From Eukaryota sp. TZLM1-RC (taxonomy: Eukaryota > Protista > Metamonada: BaSk clade): 64,000 nucleotides of DNA. This document shows positions 35,589-48,673 of the stretch, in pieces. The stretch is from positions 682,001 to 746,000 of the forward strand of contig JAUPSS010000002.1 of NCBI GenBank assembly GCA_040285825.1. Direction: 5' to 3'. The position numbers and the translations under genes were made by a program. Below the pieces are notes generated by a model that was given only the letters and a program-made list of their open reading frames with translations, did not search any database and was not told the origin of the DNA. The stretch's first letter is position 1. The number at the start of each line of letters is the position of its first letter.

Positions 35589-36495
35589 AAGGCTTGGATT
35601 TTAATGTTCGTCTTGGCTCGGCCAGAAAAAATAATCGCACTTTCGCAAATTTTTTGTTGAATGCACAAAATAGTTGTTCATCTTGTTTAATTTCTCAAAT
35701 TCCTCAAATATATGGTCTTCTTTTAGATGATACCGAATTTTCTTGTACAATGCGCCTTCGATGTTTTATTTGGCCTAATAATGTTCCTTATAATTTGGTT
35801 TGCAAATGTATCATAAATTCCTCCAAATCGTTTGTTTAACTGTAATCATTTTATTACTTTTCGATCAAAAATCCATGATGCTGTTAGAGATCAGCTCTAT
35901 TGTATGTCTAAGTCTTACAGAATTGTCTCCTATTTGGAATCATTACTTTCTCGTTTGGTTGATGAAGACATTTTGAATTCTTTTGGTCGTAACAGAGGTG
36001 ATGTTATGATTGAAGGACTTGAAGGGACCACTATCATTACTGATGTGAGATCAACTGGTGTGCGTAATAATTCTTTCAAACCATTAGCTCAGTCAAAACA
36101 CAAGAATCCGCTGTCTGTTGCCGAAAATTCTAAAATTGATAGTTGGTTTCCTTGAATCCTGAATCTCTCACCCATTATGTCCTTTGTGCATTTGCATTTC
36201 CTTACATGGTACGCTTGGACCACTTGCTCTTTCTTTTTGGATGATTTTGTCGAAATTGTAAAACAACGTACAGGAAAAATTTTTGACAAAGCATTTTGGC
36301 AGAACAGAAATGTATTTTCATTTTTTAAAGGTGTTGTCCTATTATTGTCTTCTCCTTTGTTATCTCTTGGTCACTTATATGAAGGAACAACTTCCAGTCA
36401 ATTCTTATTGGCTGACTTTGGATATGAAGATTTTTATTTGTTTTTGTGTTTAGTGTTTTTTTGAAATTGATAAATTAAAAGCTAAAAGAAAAAAA
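35589..36495 (+). mobile_element. Decayed CRE-like non-LTR 3' fragment
   Basis: LDFNVRLG..MRLRCFIWP..HDAVRDQLY..RGDV. A-rich tail; possible TSD ATAAAAGAAA(C/T)G at 35577 and 36496. Confidence 0.8.
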
Positions 36496-36844
36496 ATAAA
36501 AGAAATGTGGTTTATAAACTGAATCTATATTAACAACGAAGTATGAGCTACGGTTAGTTTCAATATTACCACTACCTCAAGTTCATGTTACTCTATTAAA
36601 TTACTCTGCCTGGACTTTGAATTATGAGATATCGTTGTTGATCTGATCCGATAATTCATTATATTCTTATTTGTAAATGTAGTCAAAAGATTACAATTAC
36701 TCAATTGCTGAATTGTAAACATTTTATTACCTTTAGAATGGAGGTTTATAATGCTGTAAAAGAACAATTTTATTGTATGTGCAAGTCTTTTTGGAACTCC
36801 TTTTCAATTTCGACTCATTTCCAAATTTTGCACCTCCATTACCT

Positions 36845-38818
36845 ATGAATGCCATCCCATATGTTCCTCAAAAGATCATGTCAGCATTAATGGATCATCA
36901 AAACGAATATGCATTATTTTTAGCTCTACGACATTACTTCAATACCCAGTCTTTAGAATCTAAACTCGTTGTCGCTGATATACTTATTCGCATGAACGAG
37001 TATCGACGTGCCGTTGAATGGACGTCAAAGTTAAATTCACCTCATATGAGGTATTTACATGCATTGGCACAATACCATTGCAACAATTCTAATGCTTGTA
37101 TTTGTACTTTACTCGATAATGTTCCTTTGGAACTTTCATTGAAACACAATCGTGTTCCACATGGCATTTCTGGTCTGTTTTTGTTGGCGAAGGCTTTTAA
37201 AGCTTCTGGTAATTTCGATCAAGCAGACCAAGTTTTAACACATGTTCTAACCATTGAACCCTGTCACTTTCCTGCTCACCAAGCCATTTCCAAACCCCGC
37301 AGTCCTACATCATCTTCATTACCTCCCCCTCCCTCATTTTCAACTCCAGGTGTTTCTTCTGATACTCCCTCCACTCGTAGGCCATCCATCACCTCTGCTT
37401 CACTTACTCAATCACCTAGATCAGCTTTTAGTGTCAAGAAAAGTTCTAAAATGTTTGCAAACACCACAGATTTGTTCTCATTTGCAACCCCTTTCAGTGA
37501 TTTCAATTCCCAATTTACACCACAATCAAATCATCAATCAAATCATCAATCAAGTAATCTGATGAGTAATCGGTCAAGTTTCATTACGCCTTCTCCTATA
37601 GATGATTCACATAAATCTTCCTCAAAATCGTTATTTTCTGACATTACCCCAATGCATAACCCTAACCCTAACCCTAAGTCAAAACCCACAATAGAAACCA
37701 CTCCTCATTCCCTTGACCTTTTCCCTTCTGAAATGAGCGACAACAAACCACTGCGTCATCAACGAAGAGTGTCGGTCCCGGTAGATGAGGTCAGTACGGA
37801 TTTCAGTTATTCAGATATCGAAAAAGTTGCACACACTCTTATTACAGCTCACTGCCAGGTGTACGCTCATAATTCAGATAGAGCCTTGACTTGTCTGGAA
37901 AGTCTTCCTTTTTCTGAACTTTCTTCGCCTGATGCTGTTCTCCTCAAGGCCAGAGCTTTAATCCACAAGTTCAACTACTCTGCAGCACTTGATCTCCTAT
38001 ACCCTTCGTTCATGAAAGATCCATGGACAGAGTTTATCCCCTTGATCTCTATCTGTTTGTGGGCCTGCAATGATCAGCTGCGGCTCAATTCCTTTGTTCA
38101 TTTGGTTGAAGAAGTTTATCCAAGATCATGTTTTCACTATTTTTTAATGGGAAATTATGACTCGCTTCTCAACAAACATACCAAGGCCATAGAGAGCTTT
38201 CAACGTTGTGTTGATTCAATTCCGTTTGATAGTTATTCCTTCAAAGCTTTAACCCTTGCTTTACTGGGTACAGAACTTCTTGAAACAGAAGATGTCGTTG
38301 CTGCTAAAGAATCGTTGTTACAGGCAGTTAGTGTTGATTCTCGTTGTCTCTCTGCCTGGTTAGGGTTGTCATCGTTAGAGAAGAGGTCAAATAGATTTGA
38401 CTTGGCTGTTTCTCATTTACAAATGGCTTTGGCAATTGCACCAAAAAATGTACTGATTTTAACAGAGTTAGCAAAGACTTTGCTTTTGCTGTTTGACTGC
38501 AAGCCAGATCATTCATTCATCAAACATTCAGAGCAACACCTTTCAACTGCATTGTCTATTGATTCACGGTCTATTCCGGCTTTGGTAACCCTTACTAGGC
38601 TTTATAGGAAAATTGGTAAACTTGTTGATGCCAAGAATTTCGTCAATCGTGCATTGGTGGTGGATCCTCAAGATCCAGGAATCTTGAAACTGGCGTCTGA
38701 GGTTGAATTTGATCTTGGTAATGGTTCAGAAGCTTTTTCATTGGCTTTGAAGGCTTCTGTAGTAGCTCCTAATGACCCTGAAATCACTGGATGGTTACGT
38801 TCTTTTGAAACTAGGTGA
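36845..38818 (+). CDS. TPR protein, CDC27/APC3-like
   Basis: N-terminal TPRs, an S/T/P-rich linker and a C-terminal TPR array (GNYDSL..H..AI..FQR). Likely ATG at 36845; the upstream extension is CRE-derived. Confidence 0.7.
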   Translation: MNAIPYVPQKIMSALMDHQNEYALFLALRHYFNTQSLESKLVVADILIRMNEYRRAVEWTSKLNSPHMRYLHALAQYHCNNSNACICTLLDNVPLELSLKHNRVPHGISGLFLLAKAFKASGNFDQADQVLTHVLTIEPCHFPAHQAISKPRSPTSSSLPPPPSFSTPGVSSDTPSTRRPSITSASLTQSPRSAFSVKKSSKMFANTTDLFSFATPFSDFNSQFTPQSNHQSNHQSSNLMSNRSSFITPSPIDDSHKSSSKSLFSDITPMHNPNPNPKSKPTIETTPHSLDLFPSEMSDNKPLRHQRRVSVPVDEVSTDFSYSDIEKVAHTLITAHCQVYAHNSDRALTCLESLPFSELSSPDAVLLKARALIHKFNYSAALDLLYPSFMKDPWTEFIPLISICLWACNDQLRLNSFVHLVEEVYPRSCFHYFLMGNYDSLLNKHTKAIESFQRCVDSIPFDSYSFKALTLALLGTELLETEDVVAAKESLLQAVSVDSRCLSAWLGLSSLEKRSNRFDLAVSHLQMALAIAPKNVLILTELAKTLLLLFDCKPDHSFIKHSEQHLSTALSIDSRSIPALVTLTRLYRKIGKLVDAKNFVNRALVVDPQDPGILKLASEVEFDLGNGSEAFSLALKASVVAPNDPEITGWLRSFETR

Positions 38819-39950
38819 GTTTTATTTGGTACAGTTGTTTTTTTTCATTGTCACAAATTTTCATGTTTTAGTGTTGGGTTTTCTGGTCATTGAGAAACAG
38901 TTCAACTTTAGACAAGAAGATTAGTTGACGAGTGTAATTTTAAGTGGATGTAATTAATTAATGGTTCATTAATTAATTTTCATATAACTTCATTTTTTTT
39001 CATTTTTTTAAATTTGTTGTGGTACAGAGATTACATTCTCCACTCTTAATAAACAATCAATTTATTTATAATTTCTTTTTTTATTTAACAATATTATTAT
39101 TGACCAAGGATTTGTATATAATCTACTGTTATTAAATGATTGAAATTTAAACTATATATTTTGGTTATTGAGATTTTTTCACCATTGTCAGTAAATCGTT
39201 CTTTGATTACACCTTTTCACATTTGGATTCTCTGCCTCAAAATATCATTCAAAAATTACTAGTACTCAGCTTTTGGGAACACGATATCGACCAACATTTG
39301 GTTTCTTTGAAGCATCAAAAGTTGCTGAAGCTCAGGTGAGAGAAAAACACTAGCTTGTATAAGCAATTATGATGACCAAAAAGCTTCAATTGTAACCTCT
39401 ATTTCAAGCTTAAACAAGTAATCAACTTATTGTCAGTTACTTTCAAATTAAACCAAATGGAACCAGTTTGTTGATAAAGGAACCTAAGATAAAATGATCA
39501 GGTGGCACTAACAAGCTGCTTTTTTAAGATTCCATCTGTTTCTTTTCAAGATCAAGATGTTCACAATCTATGAATTCTCAACCTTAAAAAACCATTAATT
39601 AAAGATGTTTTAACCATTGTGATGTCTGACTTTAATTTGTAAAAACTTAGAATTTGAATTGCTTGTGCCTTCTAGATTAATACACTTTTGTTGAGCTTGC
39701 ACAAAAACTGATATTAGTTTTTCTGATTACAAGTTGTTCAATTTCTGCGAGATAACTGAGACTCTTGATGTTAATGACAACAAAAATTACTAGAAACAAT
39801 AGCCCATCTGACATGTAATATACAAAGACTACAACAAGTGGAAGTGCAAGTAGTCAGAGTTGACAGTGTATAGCGTATTAGCTTAATGTTTTAAAAAATA
39901 GCATCCAGTGGATTTAAAAACCCAACACAAAAGAACCAACAAATGTACAA

Positions 39951-40389
39951 CTAAAAATCATTACGAATTCGCATGGCAAGGGCCATATCCTTTGGCATAA
40001 TTGTGACTCTTTTAGCATGGATTGCACACAGGTTAGTGTCTTCAAAAACACCAACAAGATAAGCTTCGGCAGCTTCTTGAAGAGCAGAAATAGCGTTTTG
40101 TTGAAACCTTAACTGAAATTAGAGTCAAATATCGATACCATACTTCATTTCCAAACTCTTGGGCAATCTCTCTCACTAGACGTTGAAATGGGAGTTTACG
40201 GATCAGGAGTTCGGTTGACTTTTGGAACTTTCTGATTTCACGAAGGGCAACGGTACCAGGACGATAGCGATGAGGCTTCTTGATACCACCAGTAGTGGGT
40301 GCGGCCTTGCGAGCAGCTTTGGAAGCCAAATGCTTTCTTGGTGTCTTGGTGGAGGTAGTTTTACGAGAAGTTTGTTTAGTTCTTGCCAT
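39951..40389 (-). CDS. H3: Histone H3 copy 2, intron at 40113-40143
   Basis: Reverse complement of 24499-24937 with the same protein and intron. Confidence 0.97.
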
Positions 40390-42039
40390 TTTACTGAGAG
40401 TTAGTAGAATAGGCTTTTATTTTCTGAATGAATGAAATTCGGATTTGGAACAATGCATTTATGGATTTTAAAGCATTGCTATAAATTCAGGAGATGAAGA
40501 ATAACGAAATTTATTCTGCATGACGATTCACTGATAACGTACGACAGGTGAAAATTCACAAGTTCAAAGCTCTCTCCACAAACATAGAACTGCATCCAAA
40601 GAGATTTGATTGGAAATTTGATAGAAATGAAAAATTGTCTTTCCCCAAAAGATTGTTGTGCTCCGCGACTTTCACTTTGACTCTAACCCTTCACGGTTGT
40701 GTCCGATTTTCTGAAATGATCCATTGAGTAAAACTGATTAGTGATATACTTACTTTGAACACAATCAACGATTGGTTAACACAGTTGCTGTCTCTCCTTT
40801 CTTAGCTGTCCATACAATGAATGTGTAATCGGTTACCATTATATTCACGCCGTTTTCACAGAATCTACAGATTGGATTGTCATTTTGTCTTCATCCATAA
40901 TTTTGTGATCTGTTTTCCATCCCGATGCGTGGTATTCGCTTAACACTGGCTTGGTCTGTATGCTGTTTATTTCAGTTTCTCTAAACTCCTTTCCATGATG
41001 AAATAAGTTTTTATTTATTGTGATTGATTTTTCCGATTGCTGAGATATTATTGTTGAATTTCGTTCATCTCTCTTTTCTTTGACCCGTACTTCACCGGAT
41101 TATTTCAGAGAATAGAATATAGGCCTCATCTGATGTACATACTTTTCATTTCATTTGTTTTACTGACTGAGAAGCTTGTATGGTAAAAACTTTAAGAAAA
41201 AAACGTTTTAAGTGAGATAATGTACAAATATTGTCATTACTCAAATAGTATCAAATATCATAAATTTTCAAAGATATCAACATTTTGTTGATGAGTCACG
41301 TTTAAAACAGGTTGTACAACAAAAATATTCGCACACGAATGTACATGTTTCTGCTTGATCCGACGTTAATTGGTTCAAGTATTTTGATCAGTTATACCGA
41401 TTCAACTTCCGATTCATGAGAAGATATTTCTAAATTTGCTAGGCAGCGTCTAATGAAGAGACAACTTGTTTTAAGACAAACTAAGCAGGGGTCAGGAAGA
41501 TAGTTGTATGTCGGCATCACGTGTATTGAGACCGATGGATCAGTAATGTCGTTCAATCCTCTTTTCAGAGCAGAATGAAGTTGAAACAGAATAAGCTTAC
41601 AGCAAAAATATATTGCTGTAATTATCGCACTAAGTTTGGAAACGATATGGAAAAATCTTCCCAGTTGAACAGTCTATTGGAGAAAGTACGATTTAAGTAT
41701 GATCTTCAAACAATCTTCATAACTTTATTGTTTGGATGTTGGAGAGTCATTTTTTGTGGGGTCAAGGGACCCAGGATCTGTTTCATGAAAATGTAAATTC
41801 TGATCAATGTCAAGGAATGAGCCTTACTGCAATTGATCTAGGTAATCTGATTTACTATATCATCATCCAAAATAACACTTTTATAATTGACACATGTGAA
41901 GCAAATTAAAGGAGAACATTTTTTATCTGAACCACATCAACAAAGAATGATGCTCAACATTAATAAGATTAATCGAAGTATTCAATGATATAAAATCCGT
42001 TTTTTAATAAAAAATTTTTTCCTATTAACGACCAATGTG

Positions 42040-42512
42040 AAATGCTCAGCTTGCAACACTTTTAAGTCGCCGTTCCTTCTGTGCGTCCATGATTCTACTC
42101 CATCAGTCAACGATATTTGAGATTCTTTAGCTGAAAAGTCACGAGCAATTGAGAGCCTGGAATGCTAATTCTTTACAAATGGTTTTCACTGTGTATTTTT
42201 TAATTAGCAATCTTTAAAATAAAATGGAGCTATTAGCAACTAATACTCTTGCTGAAACTTCAAAAAAAGAATGATTCAATCAAAAAAAACTAATTTGACA
42301 ACAACAATTCAAGACTCTGGTATTTCGAACTTTTTAATGTATGTCTACTATCTAAATATTGTTCCATAGGTGATGTCAACTCACAAAACAGGACTGTCTT
42401 CTTTCTGTATTCATCACTATTTAATTGTGATAAGAATAAGATCAAGAATTAAATGAGTCACCACCAAAGACAAATTAACATAATGATTTGTGATTTGTGT
42501 GATAAGGTAAAT
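42040..42512 (-). mobile_element. Hero/NeSL-like RLE non-LTR 3' fragment
   Basis: Homologous to 444-667, 2375-2560 and 51888-52115. Confidence 0.7.
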
Positions 42513-45500
42513 CACTGCCTTCCCCTGTTTTCTTAATTGAAAATATTTACAATTCTTATTCTGCTTTCTTTGCGGATAAGGCTTTTGTTGAGGCACGGGA
42601 GGACCTGAGCTGATCTGTTGGATTTAATAGCTTTACGTCTTCTTTTACTTGGTTTCTGATTAACTCGTGAATCGCTTCTGAATATCTGATAGAATGGAGT
42701 GGTTCCTTGTTAGTCTCTCCACCAAACCACTTCACAGTACTGATTAGTCCTTGAGCTGTACTATATTCGCCCAGAATTTCTTCAATAACATGTTGACCTG
42801 ATCAGTAGCTGTAATTGCCCTAAGTAGATCAACATGGTCAAGATCGTCAGCGTTATAAATTTCACAATGTCTCTTATGTTCACCAGTTGTCAGGTTTTCC
42901 ATTTATAATTTGGAGTTGGAAGGGTTTTCTAAAACCAGATACTAACCAGATAAAAACAGATACAGTAGATCCGTGTAATTTTTTTTGTCTTTCGAAGAAA
43001 ATAGTCACCAGTATTGAATATACTTATTATATTTTCTTATTTTTACATGGTGTGTTTAATAATTGATGACGATCTGCTTCTGCCCATTTCTTTTGAAAAC
43101 GTTCATTTTGAAACTTAAGGTCTTGCAAAAGTGACACATTGGATTCAACATCGAAAAAGCCTATTAGGCTGTTGGAAGAGTCTCATTTTGTGCTGGTGAA
43201 AATGACCCAAACATTAGTTTGTATGGAGTGTGATTCGTAATTCTGCTGTTAGTTCAATTTATTGATAATTTGAGTTAGTGGTACATAAGGGGGCCATGTA
43301 TCAGAGTCATTATATTATATTACTAATTTCCTTATGCATAGTATCACATCTCGATGTTTTCTTTCTACCAATCCATTACTCTCAAAGTGATAAGGAATTG
43401 AGTGTGATACCTCAATGAAAATCTTTTATCAAAACCATTTGAATATTCTATTGGCGAACTAAGGACCATTTCACTATGTATAGACAAAGGGATGTCAAAT
43501 ATTGCGCAGACGTTCCATAACTTAACAGAACTTTTGGCATCCTCTGTAATGTGTTTCCTTCTGTTAAAAAAAGTTAGGAAAATATGAGTCATATGGGCTA
43601 GTTCTCTTCTTACCAGCTGGCGTGTGAAGTTCACTCGTTTCCAGCTTAGGTTTATATGCAACCACTTTTTTCAATGTCAATAAATCAATCTTAACTTTTT
43701 ATGGTAGTCGGGGGAAGCTCACCAGCTGGTTTTTCCAATAATTTTTACTACAAAAATCGTGGAACAGTGGCACAGGAAAGCTTACTTGTTGATGCCTGCC
43801 AAGAAAGCATGTGTAACTGTTGACAAAGGAAGGGTAAACACTCCACTCGAATGGTCGATGTCTTCGATCCTTGCTGAAATATCTGATATATAAGTCGAAA
43901 TCCTCAATAAATTTTCCAGGTTTTCCATGTATATGGCGAATTGGTTTTCGACGCCCTCAATGGAATTAACTTTGCGCCAATTACATTGGGGCTCCTGTAC
44001 GGCTAATTTTGCATCAGAAAGAGAATAAAACTGACTCCTTCAACAGAGAAGCAGTAGTATCTCTGCTTCTGTAGCTTTATACTTATTATTTGCTGTTGTT
44101 TCCAAAATAATACTCTCCTTCACTTATGCAGCCCGAAATTCGTCTGGGATTTGCTGTTACCAGGATGGACCTGAGCAGGTCGTATGCATGCATCGTTGGC
44201 CCATTTTTCTTGATAAAATTTTGATCAATTCTATAAATTTAAGTTTCTGTATCGACTTTAATTGAGATTGAAGTGAATTAATCTGTTGATGGTAATGGTA
44301 TCTAACGTGAGATTGCAAATTCAGATCAAGTACCTGGCGTGGATCGTGTTCATTTGTATATATTTGTAACCGCGACTCTAACAGGTTTTGTCCCCTTTAT
44401 CCGGGAATCGGTTGATGTAAAAACGTCTCTTTTCTTGGTTCACCCGTATCTGATGACTGGTTAGTGATAACATCCATGGCAATGTCGTGTTTGCGTTGAC
44501 CAGCAGTTAATTTTGGCAGTTCGTCTATATGTAGTCTTTGAAGAGGTTCCGGTTCCCCTTGAATGTTGAGTTGGATTGAAGAATTTGAAAAGTCTTATAC
44601 TCTGATAAAGCGTATCTTCAATGCCAATGTTGGAAGTGTAGGCATAAACCTTGTTATTAAATCATGTTTTTCCTGTTTGAGCGTTGTGATGACTAGGAGG
44701 ATAGCTGTAAATGGAAATGATTGCCGATTTAATATTGGCATGAGCTCGCTTATAAGTTAACCCTTGTTCCATATAAATTTATCTCAAATGTTGAGAAGCG
44801 GGTCTGATCTGCACGAGTTCTGAATTTGATGAGGATAAGTAGTTTGCGAAAGCCTCTCTGAACACCGCATAATCCTCTCCAGGAGCACACGTGCCCTTGC
44901 TCAATTTCTCTAAATCTGGTCTAAACCTGTTTCAGAGGAGATGGACGATTTTGGATACGTCAAGTTATCCGGAAAAATGTTGCTTGTATTCAATAACCTC
45001 TTACAACAGGATTCTATAATTGTGTTTGTCGAGGGTGGCTCTCTGGCCTATAAAGTCGAACCTCTCCTCGCGAAACTTGAGCATAAAGGAGAGATAGGAG
45101 GAATCTAGTGGAACTAGCCTTCTCCTACGTTCTGCGGGTCTATCCGACAATTGTTTACTTCGAGTTGTATGAGCGTTATAGTTTCTTTTAACATCTGAGG
45201 GGTTAAAGGAACTTCTCTTCAACCGATTATAGTTTCATTTAGGGTTTGTACAGTCTTTTTTAATTTTCGACATCAGGGTACATGAACGTATTTTATGGCA
45301 AGGACTCTACGAAGTTTGTTGGCGCTTATTTTTCCGCTGTGCTTCTTAGCCTGTGCTGCGAAAAGCGCTTCTAATTCTGAACACTTAACAGGAGGGTTAT
45401 CTTGAAAAAATTTGGTCGTTTTCAGGGTTGTATTACCCGACTAATGGACTGTTTGATTGGGAAAGAGTACCTTCAAATGAGTTAGGTTTGCAGTGGGGTT

Positions 45501-46042
45501 CTGACCCGAACTCGCGTAAGTTGGAGACGGGGTTCTCCAATCGTTTGTTGAGAAGTGGGGTACTGACCCGAACTTACTTGGCTCTGCGGGAGGTGAGACA
45601 CACCCGAACTCATATAAAAAAGACTGATATGAGGAACCTTCGAACTCGATTCCTTATCTGAAATACTCATGGTACTTGACATTATGTTGAGAGGAGAATG
45701 AGAAGGAGCTCCTCTTGAAGATGCCTGAAATACCTCAGGCATCTTTTGACTGTTTACAGCGCGGTTGCTGTATTCTGTTTGTCGTGCCTTTAACGTACAA
45801 TAATTATTGATGCCGGAAGGCATATTTGTTAGCTGTATGTGTCAGTGTAAGGGTTAGGTAAAGCGAACTATAAAGATAATTTTATTTAAACCTATACAAT
45901 ATATAATAAGGTACTCACCAGCAGGGATGACTAAAGTGGTCCAAAAAATGGAATTAAAGTACTTTATTTACTTTAAGTAGAGTAAAGTGACTAATGTACT
46001 TTATCATTTTAGTCATCCCTGCTCACCAGTAAGATACCTACA
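42513..46042 (-). mobile_element. Heavily decayed, internally deleted gypsy relative
   Basis: 42570-43530 is homologous to the integrase/chromo region (WNVCAIF, VKWFGGET). PPT at 42515-42535. Gag knuckle remnant near 45250. Candidate short LTR TGTAGG...CCTTACA at 46042-45846. Confidence 0.7.
45922..46021. mobile_element. 100-bp hAT-type MITE
   Basis: Perfect 14-bp TIR CAGGGATGACTAAA; 8-bp TSD CTCACCAG at 45914-45921 and 46022-46029. Confidence 0.93.
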
Positions 46043-46282
46043 TATTAGGTTTTTCTATTGTGGAGTTTCGACACAGTGAATTTGTTCCACTTGTAAAAAA
46101 ACGGCCAAAGCGGAAACAGTTAAAGAATTACATTGCTGCAAAAACCAAATATTACCATAGAGGATTAATGAGATGTCTATTCGTCACACAAATACCATGT
46201 GTATATCATGCTAAATTTGTGGAATAGAAGTTGAAAATATACCGAATTTTAATAGTAATGAAAACTCAAAAATCAATCAATT

Positions 46283-47629
46283 TTGATGGTTTGTGCAGTT
46301 TCCAGTTTCAGTAAGTCCTATGAAGTCATCGGCACGTGTCTGTTTAGTTTTCGTCAGTTCTTTGAGCAGCGAGTATGTGATTATGTCGATGGACAGCTGA
46401 TCAATGTGACCTTTATAGCTCACTTTAACAGTTTACTTGCCAGAGGGTTTTCTGTACGCTTCCCTGAAGACAGTCATTTTATGACTCAGCATAAATTCAG
46501 GATTCAGTGTCTTCACTTTGAGGCAGTTTTTGAACCAAAAGTCAGACAACCATTCAACAGGCCAGGCAAAGATCTTGTGTATGAGAAGCTCCAGCGAATC
46601 TCTATTTCTTAGCCGTTTACTGTCTTGTTCATGTCAAGAAAAGGACATAAACATGCGCTACCTACTTGTGCTCTCCAATAACTAGTGGATGCAAGGTGCC
46701 GCCAGCTGCAAGGTAATTACCAGGCTCCAGCAAATGGTCTTGTTTCTTGGAAACTGAACTTCTTTCGCTCGTATGCAGCCAGCCACTTATGCTGGTGCTG
46801 TACTACACAACAAGACGAACTGTCGGGAACTTCTTCTATCTTGGTTCAACACACACCATATTTTGGCTGCTAGTCATTTTAACTTCTTGCTTGGAGAATC
46901 TGCAAAGGTACTATACTCTCTTTTGTTCCCGAAGATTGACCGTTGATCAATCAAGCTGAGCTACATCTTTTGTTACGGATTAACAATTTAAAACCATCTT
47001 GAGCAAACCGTTCTGCATCCTTGAGACGACAGAGACTCACACCTTTTGCCAGTAAGAAGCCTACTTATTTCACATCACGTCAAAAAGTGAAAACACCAAG
47101 CACAGCGTTTCTCAAGTGGATACAATGTTCAATTGATAATGTCAAGACTGAAAATGAATACATGACATCTGCAAAGTTGAACTGCTGCAAGATGCTACAC
47201 CAAAAGATCTATCGAGAAGTTGACGGTGAACTTTTACAACGCCTATTTCAGTTGTCCGGAATGTAATCAAGTTTGGTCTAGAGACATTTCTGCATCACTA
47301 AGTCAGCTAGAAAATGCAATTAATGAATACTACTATGGAACAAGATTAGAAGTGTTCCAGAGACCACAAAGAAACTAGATTTATATGGTCCTGACTGGAT
47401 GGTTAATACCTCATCCGAAGAAAAGATCAATGTATATGCCGTCGAATGGGAACGATCTTTTGGTGGTGTCACCTATCGTTTAAGTGCATACATTGCTGCT
47501 GAAAATATTAATGCTAATGTTGAACTTTACGTTCAGTATGAAAAAACTGTACCCTATTGGGTTGCCGATACCGATGATGAGGTAATTGCTAGTAATTTTT
47601 CTCTTTATAATAAATTATTGTGTTCATAG
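46283..47629 (+). pseudogene. Fragmented gene, possibly BTB/BACK-like
   Basis: Chain of short same-strand ORFs; AFLKWI resembles the BACK domain motif. Weak. Confidence 0.25.
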
Positions 47630-47901
47630 TGTTTTATTGTAATCATATTGTATATCATAAAAGGATATTGATTTTGAATGTTTATTTTAAATTTACAAAG
47701 CTACGTATTGTTCTAGAGGAGAAATGGACTCACTGATATTGATGGACAATTACTCGAGGATTCTACAACGTCTGTGGACGGTCTCACCAAGGCCGAAAGT
47801 TCTTGGAATAGGTTTGATAGCTGATGAAAGTTGACATTTCAAATGAAAACTACAGAACTTACCCCTGACCCATATCAGTGTAAAGGACAGTTATTCCGAT
47901 A

Positions 47902-48592
47902 ATGGATAGTCCCTTAGCCACTCCTCGCTCAAGGATCTCTGTTGATTCAATATCTTCACCTTCAGATCGCTCCATTCGAATCCCCAAAGAACTTCATTCT
48001 CTACTTACAACGTTTGTAGATGATTTTACCTCTTTGGAAGAGTCTCCAGATGACATTTTGGCTTACACTTCCTCCTATTTTTACCAAAAATTTCTAACAT
48101 CAATACTTAAATCAGGAGTTTCCCATGAGTTTCGCCTAGACATACTTGCAGAAATCCTCCAACACCTAACCCGCACCTTCTCCTCTCAGCAGACCACAGT
48201 AATTGATAAGCAAAAGGTCATTGACTTGGCAGAGGTTTGTGGTCTTCAACGGTCCACGGTTGTCCACATTCTTAAACTTTGTCGCACTTGTTCAGCCATT
48301 TGCGTAGATTATGAGGTATTGATGGTTTTTTATCTTATTTTAGGAATTTATTTTGTGCTGTCTCTTGGTGAAAAATAACAATTTCGACGCAATTCTATTG
48401 AATATTTTTTCAGTGTTCACACCAAATAAGAACAAATTCCCCAAAGCTACCATTTTACGTCTTTTAAAGCTATTATACCCTTTACTTTCAGTCTCTAGTC
48501 AGGCAAGAGCTGAGACACTTATCAATGGAGTTACACGTTCGGAGGTGCTTTCATTTGGTCACCCGGATTTATTAGTCCTACTAAAGTGTTAA
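47902..48592 (+). CDS. RIIa-domain protein, ropporin-like/RSP11-like (220 aa); 28-nt intron at 48316-48343
   Basis: D/D motif IPKELHSLL..PDDILAYTSSYF. Removing GTATTG...TTTTAG joins the two ORFs in frame (VDYE-EFILCCLL). Confidence 0.7.
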
Positions 48593-48673
48593 AGTTATTT
48601 GACATATTGTATTGTAATTGTATCTTTAAATAAATGAAATAAATGCTATACATGTTTATTACTTACAATACAA

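Noticed and set aside
37657-37677. (TAACCC)3 telomere-like repeat
   Set aside because: Lies in frame within the TPR gene linker encoding NPNPNP, and has only three units.
38815-38834. GTGAGT...TACAG as a 20-nt terminal intron of the TPR gene
   Set aside because: Shorter than the other introns, and not needed because the ORF ends normally. Untestable without RNA data.
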